From: Octopus sinensis
Lineage: Eukaryota
Direction of reading: 5' to 3'
Assembly (NCBI RefSeq): GCF_006345805.1
Contig: NW_021836292.1
Span: forward strand, 1-64,000
Length of the DNA stretch: 64,000 nucleotides
Shown here piece by piece: positions 27,038-40,023 of the stretch. Each line of letters starts with the position of its first letter. Position 1 is the first letter of the stretch. The notes beneath the pieces were generated by a model, which searched no databases, was not told the DNA's origin, and saw nothing but the letters and a program-made list of their open reading frames with translations. Both the position numbers and the translations under genes were made by a program.

Positions 27038-28089
27038 CTTCAGTCTACTAGTGGAACAGAGAAAATGTCGCATGCTTTTTTGAATTCAGTATGGATTTTA
27101 ATAGTTCTTCTTGTGATCTAAATTCAACCGATGAAACTTTATTTCCTTGTTAGAAATAGTCCTTTTTATTATAAGTAGAATTCAAAGAGGAAGGCATATG
27201 CATACGAGCATATATACATGTGCATACACCATGCTTACATACATACATACATACAAGCATGCATACATGCATGCACATATACATATATATATAGTCATAC
27301 ATATATGTATGGAGGTATCTGTACAACTATATATGCATACATACATACATACATGCATACATACATACATACATACATACATACATACATACATACATAC
27401 ATACATACATACATACATACATGAGTAGTTGGGTCTGTACATACATGCATACAAGCGAACTTTGGTATGAACATGCATACGTACACACTTATATCAGCTA
27501 CCCGGTGGATATTAATATAAAGCTAAAGTTTAGCGAAAATACAAATATATATGCTGAACTATTGAGAAATCTACAGTTACTTACCCAGATTACAAGTACC
27601 AATCTTTAGTAATTAGGCGTCTGATAACCAGAAAGGAAAAAGCTGATTGGAAGACTAGAGATCCAAGTCATCACCAGAACTGTAAAAATCTGTAATACTT
27701 TTTAGAAGTTTATCATTTAAGTATACATTTGCATGGCTAGATATGCAACTATATGCATGAAAATACATACGTAAAACAAAACATACAAATCTGCACTTGC
27801 ATTGACTCCAAATATTGCACGTAAACACATATATGTAAAACTACCCTGTTGATGTTACTGAAATTCCAATGAAGGAGCTTTGGATTTAGTTTCTCTATTG
27901 GCAAGAAATGTTGAAATAAAACTGAATAATGACAAACATACATACATACATAAATACATACGTGCATACATACATACATGCATACATGCATATATACAAA
28001 CATACATAACTACCAGTGAGACAATCTTTCAGTGATAAAATGGATCATTTATCCTTTGTGCAAGGGAAATCTGAACAGTATGTAATCGA

Positions 28090-28380
28090 CTCAAAGGAAG
28101 TTAGAGCAATAAACTTATCTCATATTTTCCATGTGGTGACTTGAAAGTATATTCTAAGTATAAGAATGGCATGAAGAAGAATCTTGATATGGCTACAGCT
28201 TACTCAAAGGATATATGAATGGAATTTAGTCAAGATAAATATTCCTTCATAATTGTAAAACCATGGAAACTACAAGCCAGTTTAGCAATACCACAAATAA
28301 TGGGTGACTGTTTCTCAGGCATCAAACGAGGAATGCTTTTGGTACCTATGTATTGATGGAAATATATCAGATGGTAAGTT
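28090..28380 (+). mobile_element. R4/Dong-like LINE RT fragment, decayed
   Basis: DLKVYSK..NLDMATAYSKDI*MEFSQDK parallels the YMDDLKLY..F..DIGMEFGLDKC segment at 56700-56830. Confidence 0.55.
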
Positions 28381-28961
28381 TCGTACAAGGGAATAAGTAA
28401 CCAAGAACATAATACTTTGATTAAAATATATTATCATCTCTAAAGACTATAAAAATTGTGGCTCATAATGTGTTTTCTGTACCAATTATCACACTAACAT
28501 TTCGATGACATGGATGCTACCTGAGATGTGAAAACCTGAAAACTATTAACATCTCCCAAAATTTCTACATGAAAAATGATATTGACTATCTCAACTTAAA
28601 ATGAAAGTAAGGATGCAGAAGCTTCACATTACACGAAACACCATTTGAATGCTGCATTTTATCTTATCCATACGATCTACAGACACACAGCATCGAAGTG
28701 TATCCAAAGATCATGTTTATGTCATGAAAGTTAGAAAGGAGATCCGCGAAAAGTATTCCTTGACAGATGACCATGAATACATACCCGGGGAAGTTGCACA
28801 ACTCTATAGCAGCAAATATAAGGCTTTCTGCTTATAAAATTATCTGTCAAACTAATCCTATCGGATTATATAGCATTACGTTTCTAAGTGAACTTTTTGG
28901 CTCTTGGTTATGTAACTACGTTTACTGGCTCCAGTCTTAATTATCTTACCTTCATAAACTA

Positions 28962-30201
28962 TGAGGCTGGGTAAAAAGTAAGCACCGTTTTGAACCATGA
29001 AGAAATTTTGCAGAGTTTAGGATTTTTTAAAACATTTTTTGCAATTTTCTGATAATACAGTCATAGACTTGCCCAAATACATCAATAAATTAACATTGAT
29101 ATTTTTTTATCGTTGTTACAATCATCTGAAATGGAATTGTCAATGCGCGATTTTCGAGAAAATTTTGCTATTCAACTTCAAAAAAGAACGTAAAGCAGCT
29201 GAAACTGCTTGCGATATCTACGAAACGTTTGTTGTGGAAATGATCAATCAGTGGACAACTCCAAAATGATTTAAACGATTTTGCAGTAGAGACCTGAGCC
29301 TTGAAGATCGTGAGCGTAGTGGACGCCTATCTGTCATCGATAATGGTCAATTAAAGACCGTCATTGAGAAGAATCCACGTAAAACCACTCAAGAACTGGC
29401 AAAAGAACTTCAAGTTAGCCGGAAAACTGCCTGCAACCATTTGCATGCGATCGGAAAATCAAAAAGCTCGACAAATGGGTACCACATATTTTAATGAAAA
29501 TTAGAAAATGCGCAGATATGAAATATGCTCGTCGCTTCTTCTCCGTAACCAGACTGATCCGTTTCTCGACAGTAATGTAACTTGCGATGAAAAGTGGATT
29601 CTGTACAATAATAAAAAAAAAAGTTCTTCGCAGTGGTGGGACCAAAATTAAGCATCGGAAATCTTCATTAAATCCGAGTTCTTCAAAGGGAAGGTTATGA
29701 TGACTGTTTGGTGGCGTACAGCTGGATTCATCCACTATAACTTCTTAAAACCCGCAAAAACCATTACTGCAGAAGCATATTGTCATGGAATTGCCAAATT
29801 GAACGAAAGACTGCTATTCCTTCGTCCATACTGGTCAACAGACAATGCTCGACCACAAGTTTCACTAATGACGCCCTAGAAGTCGAAGCTACGAAGTTCT
29901 TTCCAAAACGGCTTATTCCCCAGACCTTTCTCCTAGCCACAACCACTTTTTCAGGTAACTTGATTGTTTCCAGTGAGAGAAGGAGTCAAAAACCAAACCG
30001 ATGCTGAATGTGCGTTCAAAGAGTTCATCAGCTCCAGAACTGTAGATTTTTATGTTACCAGAATAAACAAACTTTAATTCATTGGCAAAAATGTGTTGAT
30101 TATAATGCTACTTACTTTGATGAATGAAATTTCTTCATTGTTAAAATATATTGTGATGAATTTCATGTTTCAAAACGTTGCTTACTTTTTACTCAGCCTG
30201 A
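28962..30201 (+). mobile_element. Mariner transposon, full length, inactive
   Basis: TA flanks at 28960-61 and 30202-03; about 33-bp TIRs (GAGGCTGGGTAAAAAGTAAGCA..); transposase from ATG 29131 with CDEKW and DNARP motifs; many lesions. Confidence 0.92.
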
Positions 30202-31107
30202 TAGAAAAGATACAGCTAATTAAGAAATTACAATTACAAGCTATTTTTGGAACTGAAAAAATATGTAAAACATTCAAGAAGTTTAACCTGTAAGAAGTAA
30301 ATATGATTATTACAGGTATATAGGTATTTTGAAGGTATCTTATGTGCTATCCAAGCACAGAAGATTGCTACATTATGACTAATAAATTAATAATACAGTG
30401 AAGTCCATAACCCCTAAAATTATATTTCATGTAAGAGAGAAATATAATACGGGATCACCAGCCGCCTGAAAACTAACGTTATATTAAGCTTTCATTTATA
30501 TTACTTAAGCAATATACAATGCAGTCTACAGATAAATATTATTCAGGCACAAACGTCAAAAATATTTTGATATAGAGAAATATATAGGTTTATAGAAGTC
30601 AGCTGGTCTTCAGACGTAGACATATATTTCAAAGTCAGTGAGAAGAATATTTTTAATCATATAAAGCATTTCTATGCAGATTGTAGCTTCACATTTGCAC
30701 CTATAACTTTTGGTATACAAGTCTAGGTAATTAAACGTCTTAGTGGTAATGTTGAAAGTTAGTGTTTTCAGCTAAAGAAGTTGATCAGCTAAAACTCATT
30801 TTACAAATACAATCTATAAGCGGAACAGTTAAATATGCAAAAGATTCTTAAAGCTTAACGCGAAAATATTTCCCGTCGTTGTTGGAGTTTTATTCTTTTA
30901 TAGAGATTAGTTTCTCCTTTACTGGAAGAAATTTAATAACAAAGAAAGTGAATGATAATTTTGTACCTACACGCACAACGGTGCATCCATGACTACTCGT
31001 CTTATCGGAGTTATATAGAACAGCATTTCCTTTCCTTATTTAGGGCAATAGTATGTCGAAGACCACGTACAAATTTCATCGTTAGCTCAGAAATATTGGT
31101 TTCAAAT

Positions 31108-31312
31108 TTTGGCACAAGGCCAGCAATTTCAGGGAGCAGTGTAAGTCGATTTCATCAACCCCAGTGTGTTCAACTGGCACTTATTTTATCGACACTGAAA
31201 GGATGGAAAGTAAAGTTGACCTAAGGGGAATTTCAACTCAGAACGTAAAGACAGACGAAATGCCGCCGAGCATTTAGTCCGGCGTGCTTACGTTTCTGCT
31301 AGCTCTCAGCCT
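31108..31312 (-). mobile_element. Family B SINE
   Basis: Reverse-complement match to 41546-41780. Confidence 0.8.
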
Positions 31313-31945
31313 TTGTTAGTTCAGAAATATCACAATATATTATATCAATAAGACAGATACGATTTTTATATATAACGAAGTAAACCACACTTTTCTTTGT
31401 TATATCAGTGAACAAAGACATATACAAATGAAGATAGCACTTTTCAATTATTGCTTTTCACTTCAAATATAGAATATCTGAAAGACATACGTCTAGGAAA
31501 GAACAGAAGAAATACTGCAATTCAATAATTTATCTCGCATTGATTTTTAGAAAAAGTATGTACCGTTATAGAGGTCAGCAGTCGTGCGGGTATGAGAGTA
31601 TCTTTTGGACATCTGCTGCTAGAGCTACAAGTCTTCTAACTAGTTTTTTTTTAAATGATTATAATCAAAGCCGCACTTCTTTACATTACTAAGGGTCTGA
31701 ATCATAATCTTACAGAGATTAAGAATTACAATTAAAATGAAAATTTAGTCTGTAAATAGGAGAGTACATACATGCAAGACTTTCCAAACAATCGTTTAAC
31801 ACTTTTGTTATCTAAAATACAGTGATGGACCACTACTTCTAAGAAGCCAGCCTTTAATTTTCATAATACTTCCATGTTGCTTAATGCTTAGATACATATG
31901 TATATATATGTACGCATAGATAGATAGAGAGAGAGAGATGGAGAT

Positions 31946-32693
31946 GAATGGAAGCATAACGTTGCCATCACTTATGATCTTTCCAAACACCATGATGTTG
32001 ACTGGATGTTTGATTTTTATCACACTCGGTAATATGTTTAGGGAACACGGCAAGCCAACGGTTGTTCTTAGTGTCCACCATCTGACCCTGGCAGAAATTT
32101 TTCTGGTGGGAAAAACTAAAGCATGTTCGATTAGAGGGGATGCTTGAGTTTGTTCAGAAGCTTCGTAGCACGGTCTTTCCTCTTGTCCTTGATGGATTCG
32201 GTTGAAAAATTGGCGCTTTCTCATCTTGTATGAAGAATACCGAATGTCTTCATGTATTTCCTGCCCGATAAGCAAGTCACACACTCCCGTGTTCCTGGCA
32301 ATGGACTTGATCGAGTTAGAGGGGTCGTTGTCAGTCATGGCCTGGATCTCACCAACAAATTCAGGAGTTCTTTTCTTTTCAGAATGATCTGAGTGTGTTT
32401 TCCGAGCTGCCGTACCTTCGTAATCACCAGTAGACTCATCCAACTCTTTCCAAATCCTCTGCACTGTCCTCAGATTGGAATCCAAACACTCTGAAATATT
32501 CGTATTGGAGCTTCCGGCACGAATGCCAAGCAGTACATCATGTCGTTCCAAATTTCTGACAGAGTGAATTGCGTCACAGTTCTGTTTTTCTCACAAACTC
32601 TACTATACTGTGTAGTCGACAAAATCAAAAACAATGTGCATGTGCGAAATTAAGAATATAAAATGACGACAATTTACCCATCGCATCCTTCTG
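31946..32693 (-). mobile_element. Tc1/mariner (maT/DD37D-like) transposon, 3'-truncated
   Basis: Probable terminus TA|CAGAAGGATGCGATGGGTAAATTGTC; HTH region, then frameshifted KNFCQGQMVDTKNNRWLA and KHPVNIMVFG..SDGNVM motifs. Confidence 0.75.
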
Positions 32694-33018
32694 TATATGT
32701 GTGTGTATGTGTGTGTGTATGTATGTGTGTGTGTGTGCGTGCGTGTGTGCATAGGAAAGTAGAAAAAGGAGACAAAGGATCAAGATGCTATTAAATCATT
32801 TATATCTTCATATCACCCACATGTTTCTATTAATGCATCCAAAATGCGTCCGACTGGATGAATAATGGTCAGCTAGGATATAAATAAAAGTACTCATCAA
32901 TTAGACATTTTAACATATATATGAAGCCCCAGAAAATGTGACGCATATATATATATGCATATGCAAACAAGCACACATACACACAGCCATACATACAGGC
33001 ATATATATAGATATATAC

Positions 33019-33239
<221 letters not shown>

Positions 33240-33352
33240 TATATATATATACATATATATACACACATACATATGCATACATATTTCCATATATACACAT
33301 ATATACATACACAGACATGTAGAAGAACGCATATACGCACGTACAAGTATGT

Positions 33353-33383
<31 letters not shown>

Positions 33384-33398
33384 TTATTATATAGAAGG

Positions 33399-33449
33399 AG
33401 CTTCTACAGGACTAGAACTGTTTCATTCAAGAGAAATCTTCAGGAAGCT
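33399..33449 (-). ncRNA. Type I hammerhead ribozyme, intact core (left arm)
   Basis: Identical in sequence to 33606-33656. Confidence 0.85.
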
Positions 33450-33605
33450 AGTTAACAAGAATTGTGTTGGCATTTATACATTTAGGCAGGTTTATAGGGG
33501 TGGTGGTGGGGGATTTTGGGGGGTAGGCATAGCGCAAAAAGTCCCCCACCATCACCCCTATAAACCTGCCTAAATGTATAAATGCCAACACAATTCTTGT
33601 TAACT

Positions 33606-33656
33606 AGCTTCCTGAAGATTTCTCTTGAATGAAACAGTTCTAGTCCTGTAGAAGCT
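33606..33656 (+). ncRNA. Type I hammerhead ribozyme, intact core (right arm)
   Basis: AGCUUC/GAAGCU stem I, CUGAAGA, stem II UUC/GAA closed by U.U, GAAA, stem III ACAG/CUGU, GUA triplet (cut after 33650). Confidence 0.85.
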
Positions 33657-33767
33657 CCTTCTATATAATAAATTAATTTTACTCTGCTATGTATTGAGTA
33701 CCTTATTTACTGTGGTTAACCCCGAATCAACCCGGGACCTACATATATATATAATATATATATATAC

Positions 33768-34026
33768 TGTATGGAAAGTGTTTATATGTCATTTAAAAAC
33801 ACACAAAAACCGTTAAATTCACTTCAACATTTAAATTTAATTTGCCAAAAGATTTTCGTCGCTTTGGGACCGCGACCAGATCACTGACAAAATTCCATGC
33901 TGTATTTTGTCAGTGATTAGTTCGCGGTCCCAAAGCGAGAAAAATATTTTACCAAATTAAATTTAAATATTGAAGGGAGTCTAACGGTTTTTGTGTGTTT
34001 TTAAATGGTTTATAAACAGCTTCCAC
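33768..34026. mobile_element. About 260-bp imperfect palindrome with HHR-like arms
   Basis: Arms about 33768-33893 and 33904-34026 around a 10-nt spacer; HHR topology at 33841-33891 (-) and 33906-33956 (+). Confidence 0.8.
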
Positions 34027-34106
34027 GCTGCAATGTTTTTGTTTCAGCACACGATCTCAGATCAGGTCACTTGCTATGCAAGTACATCTCCATAATATTT
34101 ATATAT

Positions 34107-34155
<49 letters not shown>

Positions 34156-34591
34156 TCTTATATGTAAAAGTGTGTGTACGTACACATGATTGATTCATTT
34201 TATCTGATGACAACTGGCTCATTAGTTATTCTCTATACAATCTCTGTTCATTGCCAAACGTACATGACGACTCTTAACAGCTGCTGTGAACGGGATGAGG
34301 TAATGAATTATCAGTACATCATTGTAGTATAGTATATGATACTTATGTATCTCACTAAGCATACACAGTTAAATATTCATTGACAAGGATATCAAGAAAA
34401 TTGCTATCTCGTCTACAGGTTTTATATCAGAGATTATCTCCGAAAAAAGGACCCCCACAAGTCAGTGGAGGTTGATTTTTTAAGTTCGCTTTCTCCAAAT
34501 TGTTTTGTTGAATGACAAGAAACAAATCTGCGTAATTCTATGTCCCCACGCAATATATGTATGTATGTATGTATTTATGTATGTATGTATG

Positions 34592-34677
<86 letters not shown>

Positions 34678-35229
34678 CATAATATATCAGTTTTATCCTG
34701 CTTTAAGCTCCTACACTTCGGACTTACTTTTGCCTGAACTTTCTGCACCTCACTCATCTACATACCAACATTCCACCCAAATTACCAATGGATATACTTA
34801 TATGAATTCCACTGAACTCTTCCGTTGATGAAAAATCGCTCAAATACACCACGACTTTGAACCTTTTTGAACATTTTTGAACTTACTGTTTTTTCTTACT
34901 CTCTTCTTTACTATTCTGTACGTTGTTACTTTGCCTCTCTTTCCCTCTCTCTCTCCCTCTTTCTTATTCTTTCGTCTTTTCTTATTTTCTCTTTTTCTCT
35001 CCGTTTCTTCTTTTTCTTTTTCTTTCTCTTTCTTTTTTCTTTTTCTTCTCGCGCCTTTTGAAGTTTTTGAATTTTTGTACTCAGTACGTCATTACTTTGC
35101 CTTTCTCTTTTTTCAAGCATGCCCGATTACAAATTTTTCCTCCTCCACCTTCACCACCGCCTAAATTATCGCATTCTCACACTTCCTTTCCAATGCTTTC
35201 AACCTTCTATTAATCTTTTCCTACTAATT

Positions 35230-35580
35230 TTCAGAAAAACACGGTTCTCTAGCCACGTTTCCTTTCTCAGTCGCTGACTCCACTACCGCCTCATCTCCAA
35301 AGGTTTCCACCTCCATTTCCACCCCACTTTCCACTCTGCTTCTGCCATCCTACCCATACTCCATACTTCATCCTACCGTCTTATGCGTGCCGCCATTCGT
35401 TCTAATCTCTCCTAAATACACACCCTCGACCGCCTTTTTCCTCTTGCTTATTCCATCTTTTTTCCTCTCTTTCACCTTCTTATGCACATTCCATTCTACG
35501 AGTCATAATCCATTTAAATCATCTTTTCCGCGAGTTTCTCGCTCGCACTAAACAACGTAAAGTCGTCTCATTCTTTCATT
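35230..35580 (+). mobile_element. PLE ORF N-terminal remnant
   Basis: Pyrimidine-rich segment reading RLMRAAIRSNLS*IHTLDRLF, resembling PLE N-terminal regions from memory. Confidence 0.4.
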
Positions 35581-35594
35581 CCGTCACACTCGAT

Positions 35595-35868
35595 GCATGT
35601 ATGTATGCATGTATGTATACATGCATGTGTATATGCATGAATGTATGTATGCGTGCATGTACGTATACATGTATGTATGTATGTATGTATGTATGTATGT
35701 ATGTATGTATGTTTGCATATATGTATGTATGCACGCATGCATGTATGTATATAGGTATGTATGTATGTATCTATGTATGTATGTATGTATGTGTGTGTAT
35801 GTATTTATGTATGTATGTATGTATGTATGTATGTATGTATGATGTATGTATGTATGTATGTATGTATG

Positions 35869-35897
<29 letters not shown>
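35595..35897. repeat. (TATG)n microsatellite
   Basis: Direct inspection. Confidence 0.97.
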
Positions 35898-35899
<2 letters not shown>

Positions 35900-36583
35900 G
35901 ACTGAAACACGTACAAGTGTTACCAGTGAAACAGATAAAAGCAAATGACATTGCTATTTTAATTAATCCCAGAGCAACCCTGATCACACACACCAAAAGT
36001 TCAAAAACATTCTAGTCGTGACCAACCTTCCTCTTTAGGTATTTTGTAGGATTACATTATTCGAAATGTCTTTTCTTTAAGAGGACAGAGTGCTATCTGA
36101 GGTGTATAAATCATATTGTCTTCCTTTATTCCAAAAGGTTTTCGTCACTGCCCGTCTTAAAATATTCAAAGGTAAAATTATAAAAGGTAATACATAAATT
36201 TAAAACCGAAGATATTTTCTTAATGGAAACATTTTTCCATTAAGCCTTTACTTACATTTCATATTCATAATGACTCTGACCTTACATAAGCCACAATATT
36301 TTCTTAGACCTCTATTAATGTCGGTTTTGTTGTATTCCACAAATAATGTATTTTAAAAATATTACATAATGAAAAAAACATTCGTACAGAAAAATGCGGA
36401 ACACCTATGATGTAGCCATTTTGTGATCGCTCCACTTGCTGCCATTTATCTCTAATATTACGACCTATCAGAATCACATTTACACACACACACACACATG
36501 CACGCACATACACACACATGCACGCACGCGCACAAATACACACATGCACACACACACGCACACGCAAATACATATGTCTAAAT

Positions 36584-36656
<73 letters not shown>

Positions 36657-37094
36657 GACAGACAGACAGGCAGGCAGGCAGACAAAAAATGGACGGACGG
36701 ATAGAGAAAAAGACACAAGAGGAGGAGGATGTTAATAATGATTGTAATACATAAAGCGAATACAACTTAAAACAAAAAACAATAAAACCCACAAGAGACG
36801 TTCACAGATCACTTTATTCGGTGGACGCTCAAGAAAGGAATAACACTTACAGAATAAATGTTATAACGTTTAGAATATTATCTGTTTTGCATGCAAGAGG
36901 GAAGTTTAAGAGTAACAAGGAGGAGAAAATAGAGAAGAAAGAAAATAAAATAAAAGAGAGCTAAGAAGAAATGCGCGTGGGTTAGATTTACGTTTGGCAT
37001 CATAGATCTGTATATATGTATGTGTATAAGTGTATGCATACACTATGTGTGTTCATTCATTCGCAACAAACTCGCGTTTCCTTCCACCCACCCT

Positions 37095-37289
37095 ACCACT
37101 TGACAACCAGTGTTTGGTGTGTTTACGTGTCCAATATCTGGCAGTTCGGCAAAAGAGACCCATAGAATTAGCACCAGGCTTAAAGTATAAAAAAGTCCTG
37201 GAATCGATTTGTTCGAAGAAAATATCTCCTCAAAGTGATGCCCCCAGCATGGCCGCAGTCAAATGCCCAAAACAAGTATAAGTAAAAAG

Positions 37290-37290
<1 letters not shown>
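37095..37290 (+). mobile_element. Family A SINE, 3' half
   Basis: CTTGACAACC..TTCGGCAAAAGAGACC..CAGCATGGCCGCAGTCAAATG. Confidence 0.75.
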
Positions 37291-37320
<30 letters not shown>

Positions 37321-37462
37321 TATACATTTAATACATATATATGTAGATAATATATATACATATATATATATATATGTGTATATATATATACATATATATA
37401 TATAATATATATATATATATAAATAAATATATATATGTATACATATATACATATATATATAC

Positions 37463-37559
<97 letters not shown>

Positions 37560-37570
37560 ATATATAATAT

Positions 37571-37601
<31 letters not shown>

Positions 37602-37744
37602 ATTTAGAGAGAAACAGCTATTTAGTTATTCCATCAATAGTGAAAAGATATTATCTATAACACCCACATAGAAATTAATTAAATATTTTATAATTATTAT
37701 TCTAAAAATCTCATAACAAATCAAACATTAAAAAATCGTTGATA

Positions 37745-38750
37745 CATAATACAGGGAAAAGAATTTCGGCACTTTCTTCTAATTTTGAGATTTTCCAAAA
37801 ACATGCACCTTATTATAATGAAGCCTTGAGGGAGGCAGGATATAATAAAAGTATTAAATTCTTTAATAATTGTAGATTTAATAATAATATAAAAAAATAA
37901 TAATATAAATGATTCTAATATTATTTATAATAATAAACCAAATATTAAGAATTATGCTAAGTTTTGTTCAGTTAATTACGGTTTTAATAATAGGTATTAT
38001 GATAATACAAAAAATAAATATAATAAAAGAGTAAAAGATAATAAATTTAATGTGGTTAATGATAATAAGAAATATAATATAATAAATAAAAGTAATGTTA
38101 ACAATAAGTATAAAATTTGGTTAATTATTCCTTGTGGGGCTCAGGTTAAAACAAACATTATTAAAGAGATATTATAACTAATTGAATTATTCATTGTACA
38201 TAATAAAAAATATAATAATAGTTTTTCTAGTAATAATTTTGGAGTTGGATATTCTACTAGTAATAATGTTGATAACATTATTTCATCTTTTGATAGTTTT
38301 AATTTCATCTTTTAATAGCTTTTAATAGTAAAGATAAGACTAAATGTAAATTTAAAAATAAATGTAACTTGGTTGATGTAGTACATAAATGTGTAGTGAC
38401 TCTGATAGATGATAATTTTAATAGGAATAGTTATAATATAAATGCGATTTACGTGGGGTCGACATCTAATAAAATTAAATTAAGGGCTAAGGGTGGCCCA
38501 ACACATGCACTCATTTAAGAATAAAATATTGATTAATCCTACTGGTCTTAGCAAATATATATGGGAATTAAAATCTAAAGGAATTATGTATAATTTAAAA
38601 GGGAAATAGTTTTTAAAGCTAAATCTTATCGAATAGGTAATAATTTTTGTTTACAATGTACAAATAAATTTATGGAGATATTACAATCTAAAAATAAGTC
38701 ATTAATTCACAAGATGAGAGGAAATTAGATGTAGACATAGGTTGAATTAT
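37745..38750 (+). pseudogene. PLE polyprotein C-terminus (GIY-YIG endonuclease), decayed
   Basis: GKRISALSSNFEIFQKHAPYYNEALREAGY; W..PCGAQVKTNII; CNLVDVVHKC..IYVGSTS; TGLSKYIWELK; FCLQC. Confidence 0.82.
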
Positions 38751-39308
38751 TTATATAATAAGTTTAGATAATTTGTGAATATATATAACCTGGTTTATGT
38801 TATTAATTTATGTAGTTATATTATGTAGTATTGTAATGAGTATAAATTAGTAGGTTATGTAGTGTATGAACATAAATAGAATCAGTTTAAACCAAGTCAT
38901 TAATAAAAGTAATTGAAGGATATATATTAATTTATGAACATTTAATTAATTTTATATTTTTACATATAATGTCGTAGTTTTAAATTATTGAGAATTTAAA
39001 ATTTTTCCCCTTAAGTTGTATATCACGTCACGTTTTTTAATTTTTATTTTTTATCGCTAAATACATATATCTATTTCTTTATTTATTGTATATTTATTGT
39101 TTACGTCATGATTAACGAGTTTTTTTTACAGCGGTAGAATGTAAGTTTAAATTTGAAATTTCTTTTAACTGGTTTTCATCAATAAGATAAGTCATGTTTT
39201 TGCTTTACATTAATATTGTTAAATTTTATTAAATTATTTACTGCTAATATACATATATTTATATATTTATTGTTTTATTATAATATCTAAATTTATTTAT
39301 GTTATTTT

Positions 39309-39404
39309 TTGACCTGAATAGTGGCTAAATATTTTTAAATTGAATTAATATTAAATTTTAATATTATCGACTTATATATTTAGTCATGAAACGCGCGTAG
39401 TCAA
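39309..39404 (+). ncRNA. Minimal type I hammerhead, one core substitution (G8U)
   Basis: UUGAC/GUCAA stem I, CUGAAUA, 12-bp stem II (39321-32/39376-87), GAAA, palindromic ACGCGCGU, GUA triplet. Confidence 0.8.
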
Positions 39405-39434
39405 TTTAATGTTTGATTTGTTATGAGATTTTAG

Positions 39435-39613
39435 TAGGCATAGGAATGGCTGTGTAGTAAGTAGCTTGCTTACCAACCACATTGTTCATGGCTCAGTCCC
39501 ATTGCGAGGCACCTTGGGCAAGTGTCTTCTACTATAGCCTCGGGCCAACCAAAGCCTTGTGAGTGGATTTGGTAGACGGAAACTCAAAGAAGCATGTCAT
39601 ATATATGTGTGTG

Positions 39614-39662
<49 letters not shown>

Positions 39663-39877
39663 TTGCGTGTCTGTGTTTGTCCCCCAACACCGCTTGACAA
39701 CCGATGATAATGTGTTTACGTCCCTGTAACTTAGCGGTTCGGTAAAAGAGACCGATAGAATAAGTACTAGGCTAACAAAGAATAAGTCCTAGGGTCGATT
39801 TGCTCGACTAAAGGCGGTGCTCCAGCATGGCCACAGTCAAATGACTGAAACAAGTAAAAGAATGAAAGAGTAAAAGT
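39435..39877 (+). mobile_element. Family A SINE inserted in the PLE pLTR
   Basis: Full-length copy; candidate TSD TTTTAG at 39429-34 and 39881-86. Confidence 0.9.
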
Positions 39878-39983
39878 GTTTTTTAGAATAATAATTATAT
39901 GATATTTAATTAATTTCTATGTGGTTATTATAGATAATATCTTTTCACTATTGATGGAATAACTAAATATCGGTTTGTCTCTA

Positions 39984-40023
<40 letters not shown>

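Larger units (their letters stand above)
33382..33673. mobile_element. 292-bp near-perfect palindrome carrying two outward-facing hammerheads
   Basis: Arms 33382-33513 and 33542-33673 show one mismatch in 132 bp by eye, with a 28-nt spacer; abuts (TA)n. Confidence 0.92.
37601..39990 (+). mobile_element. Penelope-like element: inverted pLTR fragment + truncated ORF + pLTR with HHR
   Basis: 37601-37735 is the inverse of 39405-39434 plus 39881-39990; the interior encodes a PLE thumb/GIY-YIG remnant. Confidence 0.85.

Noticed and set aside
31808-32551. 247-aa ORF as an intact transposase
   Set aside because: The catalytic region lies in other frames and the ORF runs out into microsatellite; the element is truncated.
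37700-39400. Mitochondrial insertion (NUMT) suggested by extreme AT content
   Set aside because: No mitochondrial gene or tRNA was recognised; translation fits a PLE thumb/GIY-YIG region, and the pLTR carries an HHR.
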